Below are positions 1 through 11,269 of a DNA stretch of 64,000 nt, piece by piece. Source of the stretch: Phyllosticta citribraziliensis (taxonomy: Eukaryota); the NCBI RefSeq assembly GCF_038025025.1, contig NW_027117343.1, positions 2,356,001 through 2,420,000 on the forward strand, given 5' to 3'. A program made the translations under genes and the position numbers. Below the pieces are notes generated by a model. It was not told the DNA's origin and did no database searches. It saw only the letters and a program-made list of their open reading frames with translations. Every line of letters begins with the position of its first letter. Within the stretch, counting starts at the first letter, position 1.

Positions 1-45
1 GGCGTGGCCGCGACGAATCAGCCAAAGCTAACCGCGCCATCCTAG

Positions 46-483
46 GTCTACAACATCTCCATGAGCAACGCCTCCGACGGCGCACGCATCAAAGTGTGGC
101 CCGGCAGCCCCTCAGCGCTCTCGGGCGACCTGCAAGGCGGCGGCGGCAGCGGCGCCGTCAACAACATCACGTACGACACGATGACGGTCAGCAACGTCGA
201 CTACGCCATCGAAATCACGCAGTGCTACGGGCAGAAGAACCTGACGCTGTGCCACGAGTTCCCGGCCAACCTGACCATCTCCAACATTCTGATCAAGAAC
301 TTCACCGGCACCACCAGCGACAAGTATGACCCGCTCGTCGGCACGCTGGTCTGCTCGAGCGAGACGGTTTGCAGTAATATCACTGTGCAGGATATTGATG
401 TCAAGAGCCCGAGTGGCACGAATGAGTTTGAGTGTACGAATATTGACGAGACGAATTTGGCTGTCAATTGTACGTCGGGATAG
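46..483 (+). CDS. Exo-polygalacturonase (GH28), last exon; 5' part lies outside the window
   Basis: Branch point GCTAAC and CCTAG acceptor ending at 45, then [20 protein letters not shown]...[13 protein letters not shown]...ITQCYG. RIK is a GH28 signature and RIKVWPG is typical of fungal exo-PGs. Stop TAG at 481-483. Confidence 0.9.
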   Translation, partial: VYNISMSNASDGARIKVWPGSPSALSGDLQGGGGSGAVNNITYDTMTVSNVDYAIEITQCYGQKNLTLCHEFPANLTISNILIKNFTGTTSDKYDPLVGTLVCSSETVCSNITVQDIDVKSPSGTNEFECTNIDETNLAVNCTSG

Positions 484-1546
484 GTGTGGGCGAAGTTGAT
501 CCTGTTTGTAGATATGTCAATGGATTCTGGAACGGCAGACGAGTGCATGTAATCAAAAGAACATGTTGACACATTTCTGAAGAGCTGCTCGACTTCCAGG
601 CATGTCTATCCTCAGGCAAGCACTTGGCTTCTTCATAAGCGCATGTGACGACTGGAGGGGCGACGCGTTGCGTGAAACATGTTTGCCAATGGCACGAACG
701 AGACGGTCGAGGGAGTAAGGCAAGGCGTCAAAGAGCCCGGAAGCTTTGCTGGGCAGTTGTAGATGACAATACACGCAAGGAAGTTTCGATGTTGTAGCTG
801 CGGAAAAGTAGTTCCCAACCGGATTCGTGCTCCGAGGCAGGAAATCAGCCAATGCAGCTCGTCAAGAACGACAAGTCATTTCCCTCCGACGTTGAGTGCT
901 TTAGCCCGTCATCGTGAAGCTTTCAGGGCTGTTGACCTAGCCACAGAGGGTAACAAAGAGATGGAGAATCCTGGCACTGCAGCAGCAGCACTCAGGTAGC
1001 ATTCTCTCGCTACCACGGGTGAAGTCAGGGAGCTGCCATTCGCTGCCACTGACCATCGCGGACAGGCTCATGGAGTCACTTTTGACCCATGATGTAAAAT
1101 CGGAACCACTCAGGGACGTCATTCAAGACGAAATCCCATCCTCACCCAGCGGCTTGTGTATGGAATCGATTGGAGTTGGACGCTTCGGGACGAATCGGAC
1201 ATGTCACTGTTTTGGCTCAAAGCACGTTTGAAAGCGATAGAGCGCGAGGAACCCTTGGTTTTGTGTGGAAAAGTCGCCGCTGGATTTCTGAGCTCGTCAA
1301 TCGTCACGGCCGTCTTGGTCGCCGTCCTGAACTAAAGCTTTCCAGCCCCCCATGCAGCCACGCTCCTTTGAGTCCCGAGTCCGTTTTTTGCACCGAAAAA
1401 AAAGAAGAGCATTGCCTGTGCTGCGAGTCAGCCAAACCGCGCGCATTTCTCAATACACAGCCCTCGCCCGCGCGCAAACGCCGGGCGATGCTCGAAAACG
1501 TACCATTCCCCAACAATGTGACCCTTTCTATATCTTTTCCGCGCGT

Positions 1547-1919
1547 TTACCGGCTGGCGCTCCACACGTTCTTGACGAAACCGTCACGCTGCGCCAGGCG
1601 GTTGAGGGAGTCGTCGCTCTCGCCCATGGCGCGGACGAAGCCGCAGAGGGCGTAGGTCTGGTTCTCGCCCGTGTACCTGCCGTTCTCGTCGACCTTGCCG
1701 ATGGAGAGCTGGACCGAGGCGTGGTCCTTGGCCTTGATGATGCGGTTGGTCGCAGAGCACTTGCGGGGGACGTAGCTGTGGCGCGTGTTAGAAACAAAAC
1801 TCTGGGCTCCCTTTTGGTCGTGGGAATGAGGCCTTTCGGGGCGCTGGCTGGCAGCGTCTCTAGAGGCCCGGCGGGGGTTTGGCGTACAGGTCCACGAGCT
1901 CGCCACGTTCGTTCTCCAT
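1547..1919 (-). CDS. RPS21: 40S ribosomal protein S21 (eS21), 2 exons (intron 1776-1887)
   Basis: Spliced product [76 protein letters not shown]...; GTACGC donor and CACAG acceptor join in frame. Confidence 0.97.
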
Positions 1920-2271
1920 TTTTGCGTTTGAGGTGAGGGTCGGGAAGGGTTGGCTGAGGGTGTCGGTCTGGCGGTTGTCGTCGCTGGCGGGCGGGTCGTC
2001 GGTCTGCGAAATTGGCGGAGGTTCGGCGGTGGTGCGCTCGCTAAGCAAAGCCTTAGCGTCGCACGTGACTACCACTGAGACCAGCACTGCACTCGACAAG
2101 ACCATCCAAGTGCCTACTTTGCATTGAGAATGAGAATTTCGAATTGGGGTGCAAAAATAGAAATTTGATACTGTAGGTATCGAGACTTGTACAAAGGCCG
2201 TTACAGTTGTGGTATCCGCAAAAGCAAGCGCCAGACCCTCCATCTACTACTCCTACCAAGACTCCGTCGCC

Positions 2272-2366
2272 AAAGTCGTGGCTCGAATGCTCCCTAGTCC
2301 CGGTCTCTAAGGGGATGTAATGCTCCTTGACTGACCCCTAGTTGACATTGTGTGTGCCACGACTTT
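2272..2366. promoter_or_regulatory. Two inverted copies of AAAGTCGTGGC upstream of RPS21 (candidate RP-gene promoter element)
   Basis: AAAGTCGTGGCT at 2272-2283 and GCCACGACTTT at 2356-2366; the same 12-mer lies upstream of RPS19 at 10844-10855. Confidence 0.4.
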
Positions 2367-2449
2367 TGCGACCATGCATTGTACCAAGGAAACCAAAACC
2401 AAAACCAAAACCAATTCCCGATTCGCCTCTCCCAATTACTCGCTCGCGC

Positions 2450-4636
2450 TTATAGAGTGGGTGTTCTCTTCAAACCCGGATGGTACCTAACGAACAATGC
2501 ATCAACAAAATGCCCGTGCCTGATTCCTGGCGGCCTCTTCTCCGCAAACTCCTGCAACGCGTTTGGCAAGGTCCAGCCCAGCCGCTCCACCAAATAAGAA
2601 ACGATAAAGAATCCAGTGCGATTGAAGCCGTAGTGGCAGTGAACGCCAATGAGCGCAGTGGTGTGTGAGTCGGCCTCGCTAGGGACGCTTGCATTCTCCC
2701 CGCGCAGGCCGTCAATGAGGCCGATGAACTGCCTCACCTCGTCGACAGTGGGTGGGAGCTTGGAGACGGTAGGAAACTTGTAGTAGGCGATGCCACCATT
2801 TTCGAGACCTCGTGGATCATAGACTGGAGATTCGTGGCTAATGTCGACGACTGATCGGATTTTGCCTTGCCAGTCCTTGACAAAGACGTTGGGACAGTGT
2901 CTCGGGTCGACTTCCCTCAACGTTTTCATGGCGCGAAAAACACCAGCGATGGGCTCGGACACGGGGTTCACGGCCTGCCACTTTTTGAGATTCTTGACAT
3001 CCCATTTTCCCTCCGTCGTCAAATGCTGCAATTGCCATCCGAGAGAGAGTCGCTTGTCGATACGCTCAGCCAGAAACGTTTGGACCAAGCCAGAAAGGGT
3101 TCTCGCTGTCGAAGGCGCATAAAGCAAGGCATGCGAAGCTGGGGCGGGGAGGATGATGGTCTTGAGACACTTTTGCTGTTTTGTGGCCACTGATGCGTCG
3201 CCTTCGGTTGTGATGGAGCCATCCAGAGCGCTGAGGGACTCATTGTCGGCCTTGTCAACGAGAGTATCCGACCCGGTGGCAAAGGTTTGCGGTGAGCCCG
3301 CAATGGCGTTCAAGTCGTCCGGTGATGCCAGTTCACTTGCTGGGTCCGGTTTGGAAGTGTCGCCCGCGGAAACGGCAATGTCCTTGCCCAGTGAAGCGGC
3401 AATCTTCTTAATTTCGGTGGCCGGGGTTATGAGGTCGGCCTCTCCAGCCACGAGGAAGACTGGTACCTCGAGGCCGGCCCACAAGTCGAGTCCAGGCAAA
3501 CCATTCAGCTTTTTGGAGTCGAAAGCATGTGTTGGCCTGCGGGGCAACATGCCGTAGGCGTATCTTTTCCAGACCGAGGTCTTGGTCTGCTGGTTGAAGC
3601 GAATTTGGAGCTTCTTAGTCTCTTGTTCGGCACCCGGGCCAGTGTATCGGAGGACGCTGTTGCTGTTGAGCCCACCCCGTCGATCCCAACGACGCCAGAG
3701 GTTGAAGATGGGGTTCGGGATGCTGATGACTCTGTCTAGTCCTTTCAATTCTTGATCATTCCAAGTAGTCTCTGCCATTGGACAAATGGCCACGAGTCCC
3801 TTGACATGTTGGGAGAGTATTCCCGAATGTGGGGATGTGGACGAAGCGAGAGCGCAGGCGAGAGAGCAGCCCATGCTGTGGGCAATGAAGATGACGCCCT
3901 GGCCGGATTCCCTGTCGCGGTGCTGCTCGACGACAACGGCAAGCAATTGAACGAGAGCCTCGGTGGAGTAAGCAGCCCAGTCCTTGGGCGTAAGTTTGGA
4001 CAGTCCGCATCCTGGAAAGTCAATGGCCAGACATGGTCCAATGTTGACGAGGCTGGTGAGCACAGTCTGGAATTGAGCAGCGGAGCCAGCGAGGCCGTGG
4101 ACAAAGACCAAAAGAGGCAGCGGGGCCGGCTTGCTGGGCAACTTGTCACCCTGGGGATGCGGGCGGTAAAAGGTCCTAACCGAGGGATATGTGAATCCCG
4201 TGGCGGGGACGGTATAGGATTTGTACGTCGAATGCTTCTTCAGCAAGCCCGGATCAGTTGCGACGGCATCTGGCAGGCCGATCAACGCATGAACCTATCG
4301 TGACATGAATCTCGCAGACGTACCTTGACCGGCGTCGGCGTCGGCCCTGGGTGGATCGACTAGACGCTTCCCTATGTAAATGGAACCGGGGATAACTCCG
4401 CAGGCGACGGCGAGCTTGACCATGTCCGACGGCGTCAGGGGGTGGGAAAAGTCGAGTCTGAGAAAATGGAAGAGTTTGGAGACGAGAGAGAAAGCGTCTT
4501 CGGGGGTGGAAGACGAGACGGAGGCATTAAGAGAGGCTGAGATGGAGCTCAGCATGGATGCGGAGGCAGAGGGGAGAGACAGCAAGAATGAGATGATGGC
4601 TTGAGAAACGCCATGGTCGCGTTGGGGACCTGCCAT
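2450..4636 (-). CDS. Alpha/beta-hydrolase fused to a cysteine-based dual-specificity/RNA-triphosphatase-like domain, 2 exons (intron 4270-4323)
   Basis: Hydrolase motifs FVHGLAGS, AHSMG (nucleophile), AGEADLITP and ASHALL; C-terminal P-loop HCHYGFNRTGF. A 54-nt GTACGT..CCAG intron joins GQ|DAVATDPG in frame. Start MAGPQRDHG at 4636 is the most likely one. Confidence 0.85.
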
Positions 4637-5661
4637 GACAGGAGAGCCAACGCAGACGGATAATGGAAGCCCTAGATGGCCGCTTTGGTGAGGTGTTGCA
4701 GCAGACCAGGGCAAGGCAACGGGCCAATGAATGCGTCGCGTGCTGGCACGTCTGGTTAGGAACGACTGACACGGGCGGACAGGGGACGCGGGGATTAGAA
4801 GACAAAATCACGAGCAGTGACTGTCCTCCCGTGCAAGTCCAAGCCCAAGCCCAGTGGCGGTAAGCTTCAGGGCCACGGTCGTCGCTGTCGCAAGTCGCAG
4901 CGTTGGAGGCCAGTGGCGATGCAGTGCGCGGCGGCCAGCCGACGAGCCACGGGGCCGGTGGAGGGGCAGCGACGGGCGCGCTGGAGGGCCGAAGGCGAGG
5001 CGAAGGCGATGGTCGAAGGGTTTGTTGGGGTTTTAAGGGTAGCCGTTGGACACGTGGGCGGGAGGCGTATCGGTGATGGGATGGGTTCCGTACCGTGGAG
5101 TTGGTTGGTGTTGTGGAAAAAGCGTCAATGACGTACGGTACGGTACCGACAGACGGCCCGCGGGGAGAAACCTAGGGAAGGCCCCGGCCGGGGTGCTCGG
5201 CGCCAGCTCGACCGGGCGTCAGGGTGTCGATTAAAACCTGAGCCGCCCCGGCTCTCTGAGAACGTCTTCCTTGTCCCTCTGCCACCTTGTGCCTGAACCA
5301 CAGTCGTTCTCCATGTCGTCGCCCAATCACGGCCCGACTGAGGTCATGGCGACTGGGCTGGGCTGGGCTGCATTGCGTCTGCGTATGCCCCGCCAGCCAC
5401 CGTCTCCCTCTGCCATGTTGATTTCCCCGGATCCTGTTTACCCACACAGAGCCCACCATGCGACAATTGACCCCATTCGGATTGCCGATAGATGAGGGGT
5501 ACCACATGTAGTTGCCGGCCCTTCCCCCTCCGCTCTACCCGGCCTGCTTATCTCCCAGTCCTACAATTCAATCCTCTGCCATTGGACGTTATTTCTCTCC
5601 CCTCTGCCCTTCCCCTCTCCCAACCCTTCGTCTCCTCCCCTACCATACCAATTGCGACACC

Positions 5662-7647
5662 ATGGATCCTGCCAATTTGCAGAAGCAGCGTGAGCCCGAG
5701 GAACCGCGCTTCCTCTCGTTCCCCGAATTGCCTGCCGGAACCCTCAAAGATGGCAGACCAATCCTCAACAGGTACTCGACATTCATGACCCGAGGCCATG
5801 ACTTCCCCGGTGCCCAGGCCATGCTCTACGCCGCTGGCGTGCCAGACAAGCACACCATGGAAAATGCCCCCCAGGTTGGCATTGCGTCGGTGTGGTGGGA
5901 AGGAAATCCATGCAAGTGAGTGGTCCAATTGGCCACGTCTGGATGCTCTGCTAAGACTGCTACAGCATGCACTGTAAGCCGACCACGCCCAATTGCTCCG
6001 CCGTGACGTGAGCGAGCAGCACTGACCCCACGTTCAACACAGTGCTCGATTTGGGCAAGGCCGTCAAGACTGCGCTGCAAAAGCATGGCATGCTCGCCTG
6101 GCAATTCAACACCGTGGGCGTTTCTGATGGCATCACCCAAGGCTCCGAGGGTATCTTTTGCATCCCAGCTTATTTGCTCGACTCGTTGGCTGATTGCGAC
6201 AGGAATGCGCTTCTCCCTGCAGACCCGCGAGATAATAGCCGACAGCATCGAGACCGTCACTTGCGCACAGTCGCACGATGCCAACATTTGTATTCCCGGT
6301 TGCGACAAGAACATGCCTGGCTGCGTCATGGCCATGGCGCGACACAACCGCCCTTCTTTGGTCGTCTACGGCGGTACTATCAAGCCCGGATACTCCAAGC
6401 TCCTGCGAAAGCCCATCAACATTTCCAGTTGCTACGAGGCCCACGGTGCAATGATTTACAACAGCTTGCGGGCTGAGCATGACCCTTCATTGAAGCCGGA
6501 GGACATTATGGACGATCTAGAAAAGAGTGCTTGCCCAGGACCCGGTGCATGTGGTGGCATGTATACTGCCAACACCATGGCAACAGCCATTGAAACTCTG
6601 GGTTTGACCGTAACCGGCTCCTCCTCGACTCCAGCCGACACCCCGTCCAAGATGCGAGAATGCGCCAAGGCTGCAGACTGCATCAAGATTTGCATGGAGA
6701 GGAACATTCGTCCGCGCGATTTACTGACAAGGAAAGCCTTTGAGAACGCAATCGTCATGATCATGGCGCTGGGAGGATCGACCAATGGAGTTTTGCATCT
6801 GCTGGCGGTGGCCGGTACGGCCGGCGTGCCCCTGACTCTGGACGATTTCCAACGCATCAGCGATAAGATTCCGTACATTGCCAATCTTGCGCCCAGCGGC
6901 AAGTACAACATGGCCGACCTGTTTGAGATTGGTGGCATTCCGTCGGTGCAGAAGCTGCTCATCGCCGCCGGGCTCCTCGACGGCTCCACCCTGACCGTCA
7001 CGGGCAAGACGCTGGCCGAGAACGTCGAGTCATGGCCCTCCCTGCCCCAGGGGAACGAAATCATTCGTGAGATCAGTAATCCGTACAAGACGAGCGGTCA
7101 TCTCGAGGTTCTTCGCGGCAATCTTGCACCTGGCGGCGCAGTGGCCAAGATCACGGGCAAGGAAGGCACCATATTCACGGGCAAAGCCATGGTCTTTGAC
7201 AAGGAGAACGAGCTCGACGGCGCCCTCTCCAACGGCCGCGTGCCACACGGCGAGAACATCGTCATTGTCGTGCGCTACGAGGGACCGAAAGGCGGTCCTG
7301 GCATGCCCGAGCAGCTCAAAGCCTCGGCCGCGCTGATGGGCGCCAAACTGACCAACGTCGCCTTGATCACTGACGGCCGCTACAGTGGCGCCTCGCATGG
7401 CTTCATCGTCGGCCACATTGTGCCGGAAGCGGCTGTCGGCGGGCCCATCGCCATCGTCCGCACCGGCGACGTCATCACCATCGACGCAGAGAGCAACCGC
7501 CTCGACGTGGCGCTGAGCGACGACGAGATCCAGGCTCGCCTCAAGGAGTGGAGCCCTCCGCGCCGGCCCGTCACGCGTGGTGTCCTTGCCAAGTACGCAC
7601 GTTTGGTCGGCGACGCAAGCCACGGTGCCATGACTGATCTTTTCTGA
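5662..7647 (+). CDS. ILV3: Dihydroxy-acid dehydratase (IlvD/Edd family), 4 exons (introns 5916-5965, 5974-6042, 6151-6202)
   Basis: Spliced motifs WWEGNPCNMHLLDL, GVSDGITQG, PGCDKNMPG, GACGGMYTANTMA, GGSTN, RYEGPKGGPGMPE, TDGRYSG; 8-nt microexon at 5966-5973. Confidence 0.95.
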
Positions 7648-9849
7648 TTTCGGGAAGCAACACTGCAGCGTTCACCCCACAAACAGTTGCCTTTTTGCTT
7701 GAGAGCTTGCGTGCTGGGTTTGCGTATAAACTAATTCCGCGATCTGCTGAGTCTTGCTGCTATATACCACTTTCTGGACCGCCACTGCTGCTACCAGTTT
7801 GTTTGATAGTACTCGGTAGCCATTAGATTGATCAAAATGCTCTTCTTGATCTCCCGCTATCTCCCTGTTGCTCGTCACTACTGTCTGCGTGTCGTGTGTC
7901 GTCGCTCCAGGTGTGCGTGCACGCGTGGCACACGGAACCTTCCTTCCTTCTTTTCCAACTCCTGCAGCCAACCACAGCCGAGAAAAGCGTGGGTGTGTGT
8001 GTCAAATGCACGCAATAATCACGCTCCCGTCCCGCCCGCCGTCTTGCCGTCCGTCGCTCGTTCCGTCTTCTGCGCTTCCTGACTCGCCCGGGCATGTCTT
8101 CGCCACTCAAACATGTCGGAGCATGCGGCCAACGCGTCTTATCGACGAGTTAGCAACGAATGATCAGCGAGGAGGAGAAGTGAGGCATTTCAGATGCTTT
8201 GAACGTGCAGGTATGCTTGCTTTTCGAAACCCCTCCCTTCTCTCGACTTCTACGCCCGTTGCCAAGCGAACAAGCAAGCAGGAGAGACGGCCACGGCAGC
8301 AACATTGCCTCGGCCGGAAGCCTCTCCCTCTTCACCGCAGTTGAAGTCACAGCACATCATTTCCCACCCGATGCCACAAAGCCGCAAGACATATGAAGTC
8401 CTCGACAACCCAACCACATCCATCGGCGCGATGCAACGGCTTACGATCCCAGGCCGGCCCGTCTTGTTTTCCCCAACCCAACGTTCGGAGCATGTACATA
8501 AACAGAAGCCTCGTGCCATGCCACAAAACCCCTTGGAGTTGACTCCACCTCGGCGTTTGGCTGGCTAAATAAACCTACACATACCCCTACACCCTCCAAC
8601 TCATCATCCCCTTCCCGTCTCTCCACTTTGGCGCTCCACCAAACGCCCCTTGATGCCGTTGCATTACGTACCTACATGTCCTACATGCGCACTGCTATAC
8701 GTGTGAAATGAACGGGGAGGAGGAGAGGTAGCCAACTAGACGGGTAAACAGAGCCAGACCCTTGGGTCCTTGGGCGGGGACGGGCTCGTGTTCGCGGGTA
8801 GACCCGATTGGATCGGATGGCGGATGGTGTTCACCACTTACCAGTTTCGATGGTGAGGGGCTTGGTGGGTAGGGGTGGCAGAGGAGAGGGGGGTAACGTG
8901 GGAGCGGGGCGGATGGCTGTATCCTGCATGTTCAAAATCTCGAGGGAGTGCAGGTGCTGTCTTGCTGTGCGAGAGAGAAGTGGGGATGCGGTGTGTTGAG
9001 GCATGGCAGTACAGAGCAGAGATATGTAACCAGGGTTTGAGTACACAAGATTTTTATCAGTGGCGTCTACCGCAAGTGAGGAGCGCTCCTCGTGGCCTGT
9101 TTGCCATCTCCTAGGTTTGGAGCAAGAAATCCAGATGGGAGAAGAGGAATCTCTCGGCATCTCATCAGCACAATGTGGGTGGACCATACTGTGATTGAAG
9201 GCGCGGAGCTAGTTCGTGTTGCAGGCGGTCAAGCCATGTCAGAACGGTTGCGCGGGAGGCAGATCAACGGTTGGAAAGAAGAGTGCCTCGGGCAAGCCGT
9301 TCCATGTGCGCAACCAGAGATGTGACCTGCGCCGGGGAATTGACGTTGTCGAAAGGAATCCAAGGTGACAGGATGTCCAGGGCGTGAGCAGTTTCGTGCT
9401 CCCTGCGTGCAGCGGCTCGTGTAATTTGAAAATACCCTTCTGCCGTCTGTGGCGTTGGTTGCAACGGGTGGGACACCAAGGTGTCGTGCTGAGTTGGCAG
9501 CTTCGGTTTGTTAGTCAGGCTAGCAACAAATCACGTCACTGGGGAAGCCCGCACTGGCGAAGCTTCCAACACAAATGATCCAGGGAACGAAGGGTTGAAA
9601 GTGGCACGGCGCTTCGTCGCCCGAAAGTCGCATTCAGGCTAAGTGGTCTTTTTCTCAGGTGGTTGAAGTGACAGCAGAGCGCTTTGTCAACGCTCGCCTT
9701 TGATTTGATTCCGCAGAACAGACCTATCCAGCCGACCCAGACCCCGCGCGCACAATGACTGCCATTCAGGGTATTATCAAAGACGCCGTACCGAAAGCCA
9801 CCGGGACCCGTAAACTCTTTTTTGATTGCTGCTTTTGGGAGCGAAGCGT

Positions 9850-10608
9850 TTACTCCTCCTCCTCCTCCTCGGCCTCGAGGGTGGTCATGGCAATGCGGTC
9901 CAAGTCACGCTGGCCGGACTGGGTGATGCGGCGGCCTCCCTTGTCCTCGTCCTGCTCGAGGACACCAATCTTCTCGAGCGACTGCATGACCTTGCGGTCG
10001 ACGGAGCCGGAGGCGTCGACGTGGTGGCTGGGGCGCGAGCCGCGGTTCTTCTGGCCACCGTGGACCTGTCGTGCGTGTTAGACTGACCCCCATCTTCATG
10101 ATGATTGTGTTTTCGAATCGTGTCGTACCTTGCGGAGACGGCCGACACCGACGGTCTTGCGGAGGTAGATGTGACGGGCGACGGCAGCGGCGCGGACGTA
10201 GTACCAGTCGATGTTCTGGGGAGGGAGCTCCTTGGCGTGGGACTGCACACTCAATCAGCACAAAACTCTTCACGCACCCCAGTCGCGGGGTGACGAGGGG
10301 ATTCTCGGGGGTCATTACGGTCTTGACAGTGTCAACCCACGCTGTAGATGACAGAAAACACCATGGTCAGCACTTGCTTCAGCCAATGGCGCCCCTCTGT
10401 ATCCCCCGTTCGCACGGGATTCAGGTGGGCGCAAGATTTTGCGGTTTTACGAACCTGGGATGCTGCGGCGCTGTCAGTACACAATTTTTTCGAGATGGGG
10501 ATGCGGCGCGGTAGCGACTTACGGAAGACGACCCTGACGCTTCAAAAAGGCAGCGTAGGCGTCAATGAACTTGCCGGCCTCGACATCGCGAACGGAAACA
10601 CCAGGCAT
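9850..10608 (-). CDS. RPS19: 40S ribosomal protein S19 (eS19), 5 exons
   Basis: Spliced MPGVSVRDVEAGKFIDAYAAFLKRQGRLPIPAWVDTVKTSHAKELPPQNIDWYYVRAAAVARHIYLRKTVGVGRLRKVHGGQKNRGSRPSHHVDASGSVDRKVMQSLEKIG...RDLDRIAMTTLEAEEEEE*; 8-nt microexon at 10455-10462. Confidence 0.96.
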
Positions 10609-10843
10609 TTTTGCGGTTTTTATGGAGTCGTAAAGACGAAAGGGTCGGCGGAGGTCGTTGGGAGCAGATGGCTGTCGTCGCTGGCTGAAGATCTGGGCCG
10701 TCGAGTGTCGTTGGAGTTTTCCTAGTGGATCTGGTCCGAGCGCAAGCGAACGGAGCTTCGGTAATTCCGCTCCGACAATCCGCCGCCGTGGGCCATGCCA
10801 AGACTTCTGTTCCTTTTTGGGCAGTGGTCTGAGGCTGGCAACA

Positions 10844-10855
10844 AAAGTCGTGGCT
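10844..10855. promoter_or_regulatory. AAAGTCGTGGCT element upstream of RPS19
   Basis: Identical 12-mer, in the same orientation relative to the gene, as the copy upstream of RPS21 (2272-2283). Confidence 0.4.
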
Positions 10856-11269
10856 TGCACAATCCAAAGATCCTGCCAGTGGGGGCTCGAATACCCTCAT
10901 TATCTACTCTCAAAGACGCTTGAGACCCCCTGAGCTCTGTTCAAGGCTGGCTTGAACTCTCCCTGGTAGTTGTTTGCTCAGGCGCATGAATGCTCCCTGT
11001 AGTCCAAACAGACCTTCAAGCAGCATGTTTCAATCATTCCATTCATTTCAAAAGCTATGGCTACTTACACATTTCGTCTGCAAAAGCATACCCCTCTTAC
11101 GTTAGCATCATAGCAGCCGTATCAATGACCGAGTGGGGTATACATGCCCCAATAACGCCCAAAATGTGACTCGAAAGCAAATCAAAGATCATTTCTTGTT
11201 TTCCGTGGCCACGTCGAAGTCTTGTTTTTCCAGGCCTCCATTGTCCCCGGTTTTGGACGTGGACGCAAG

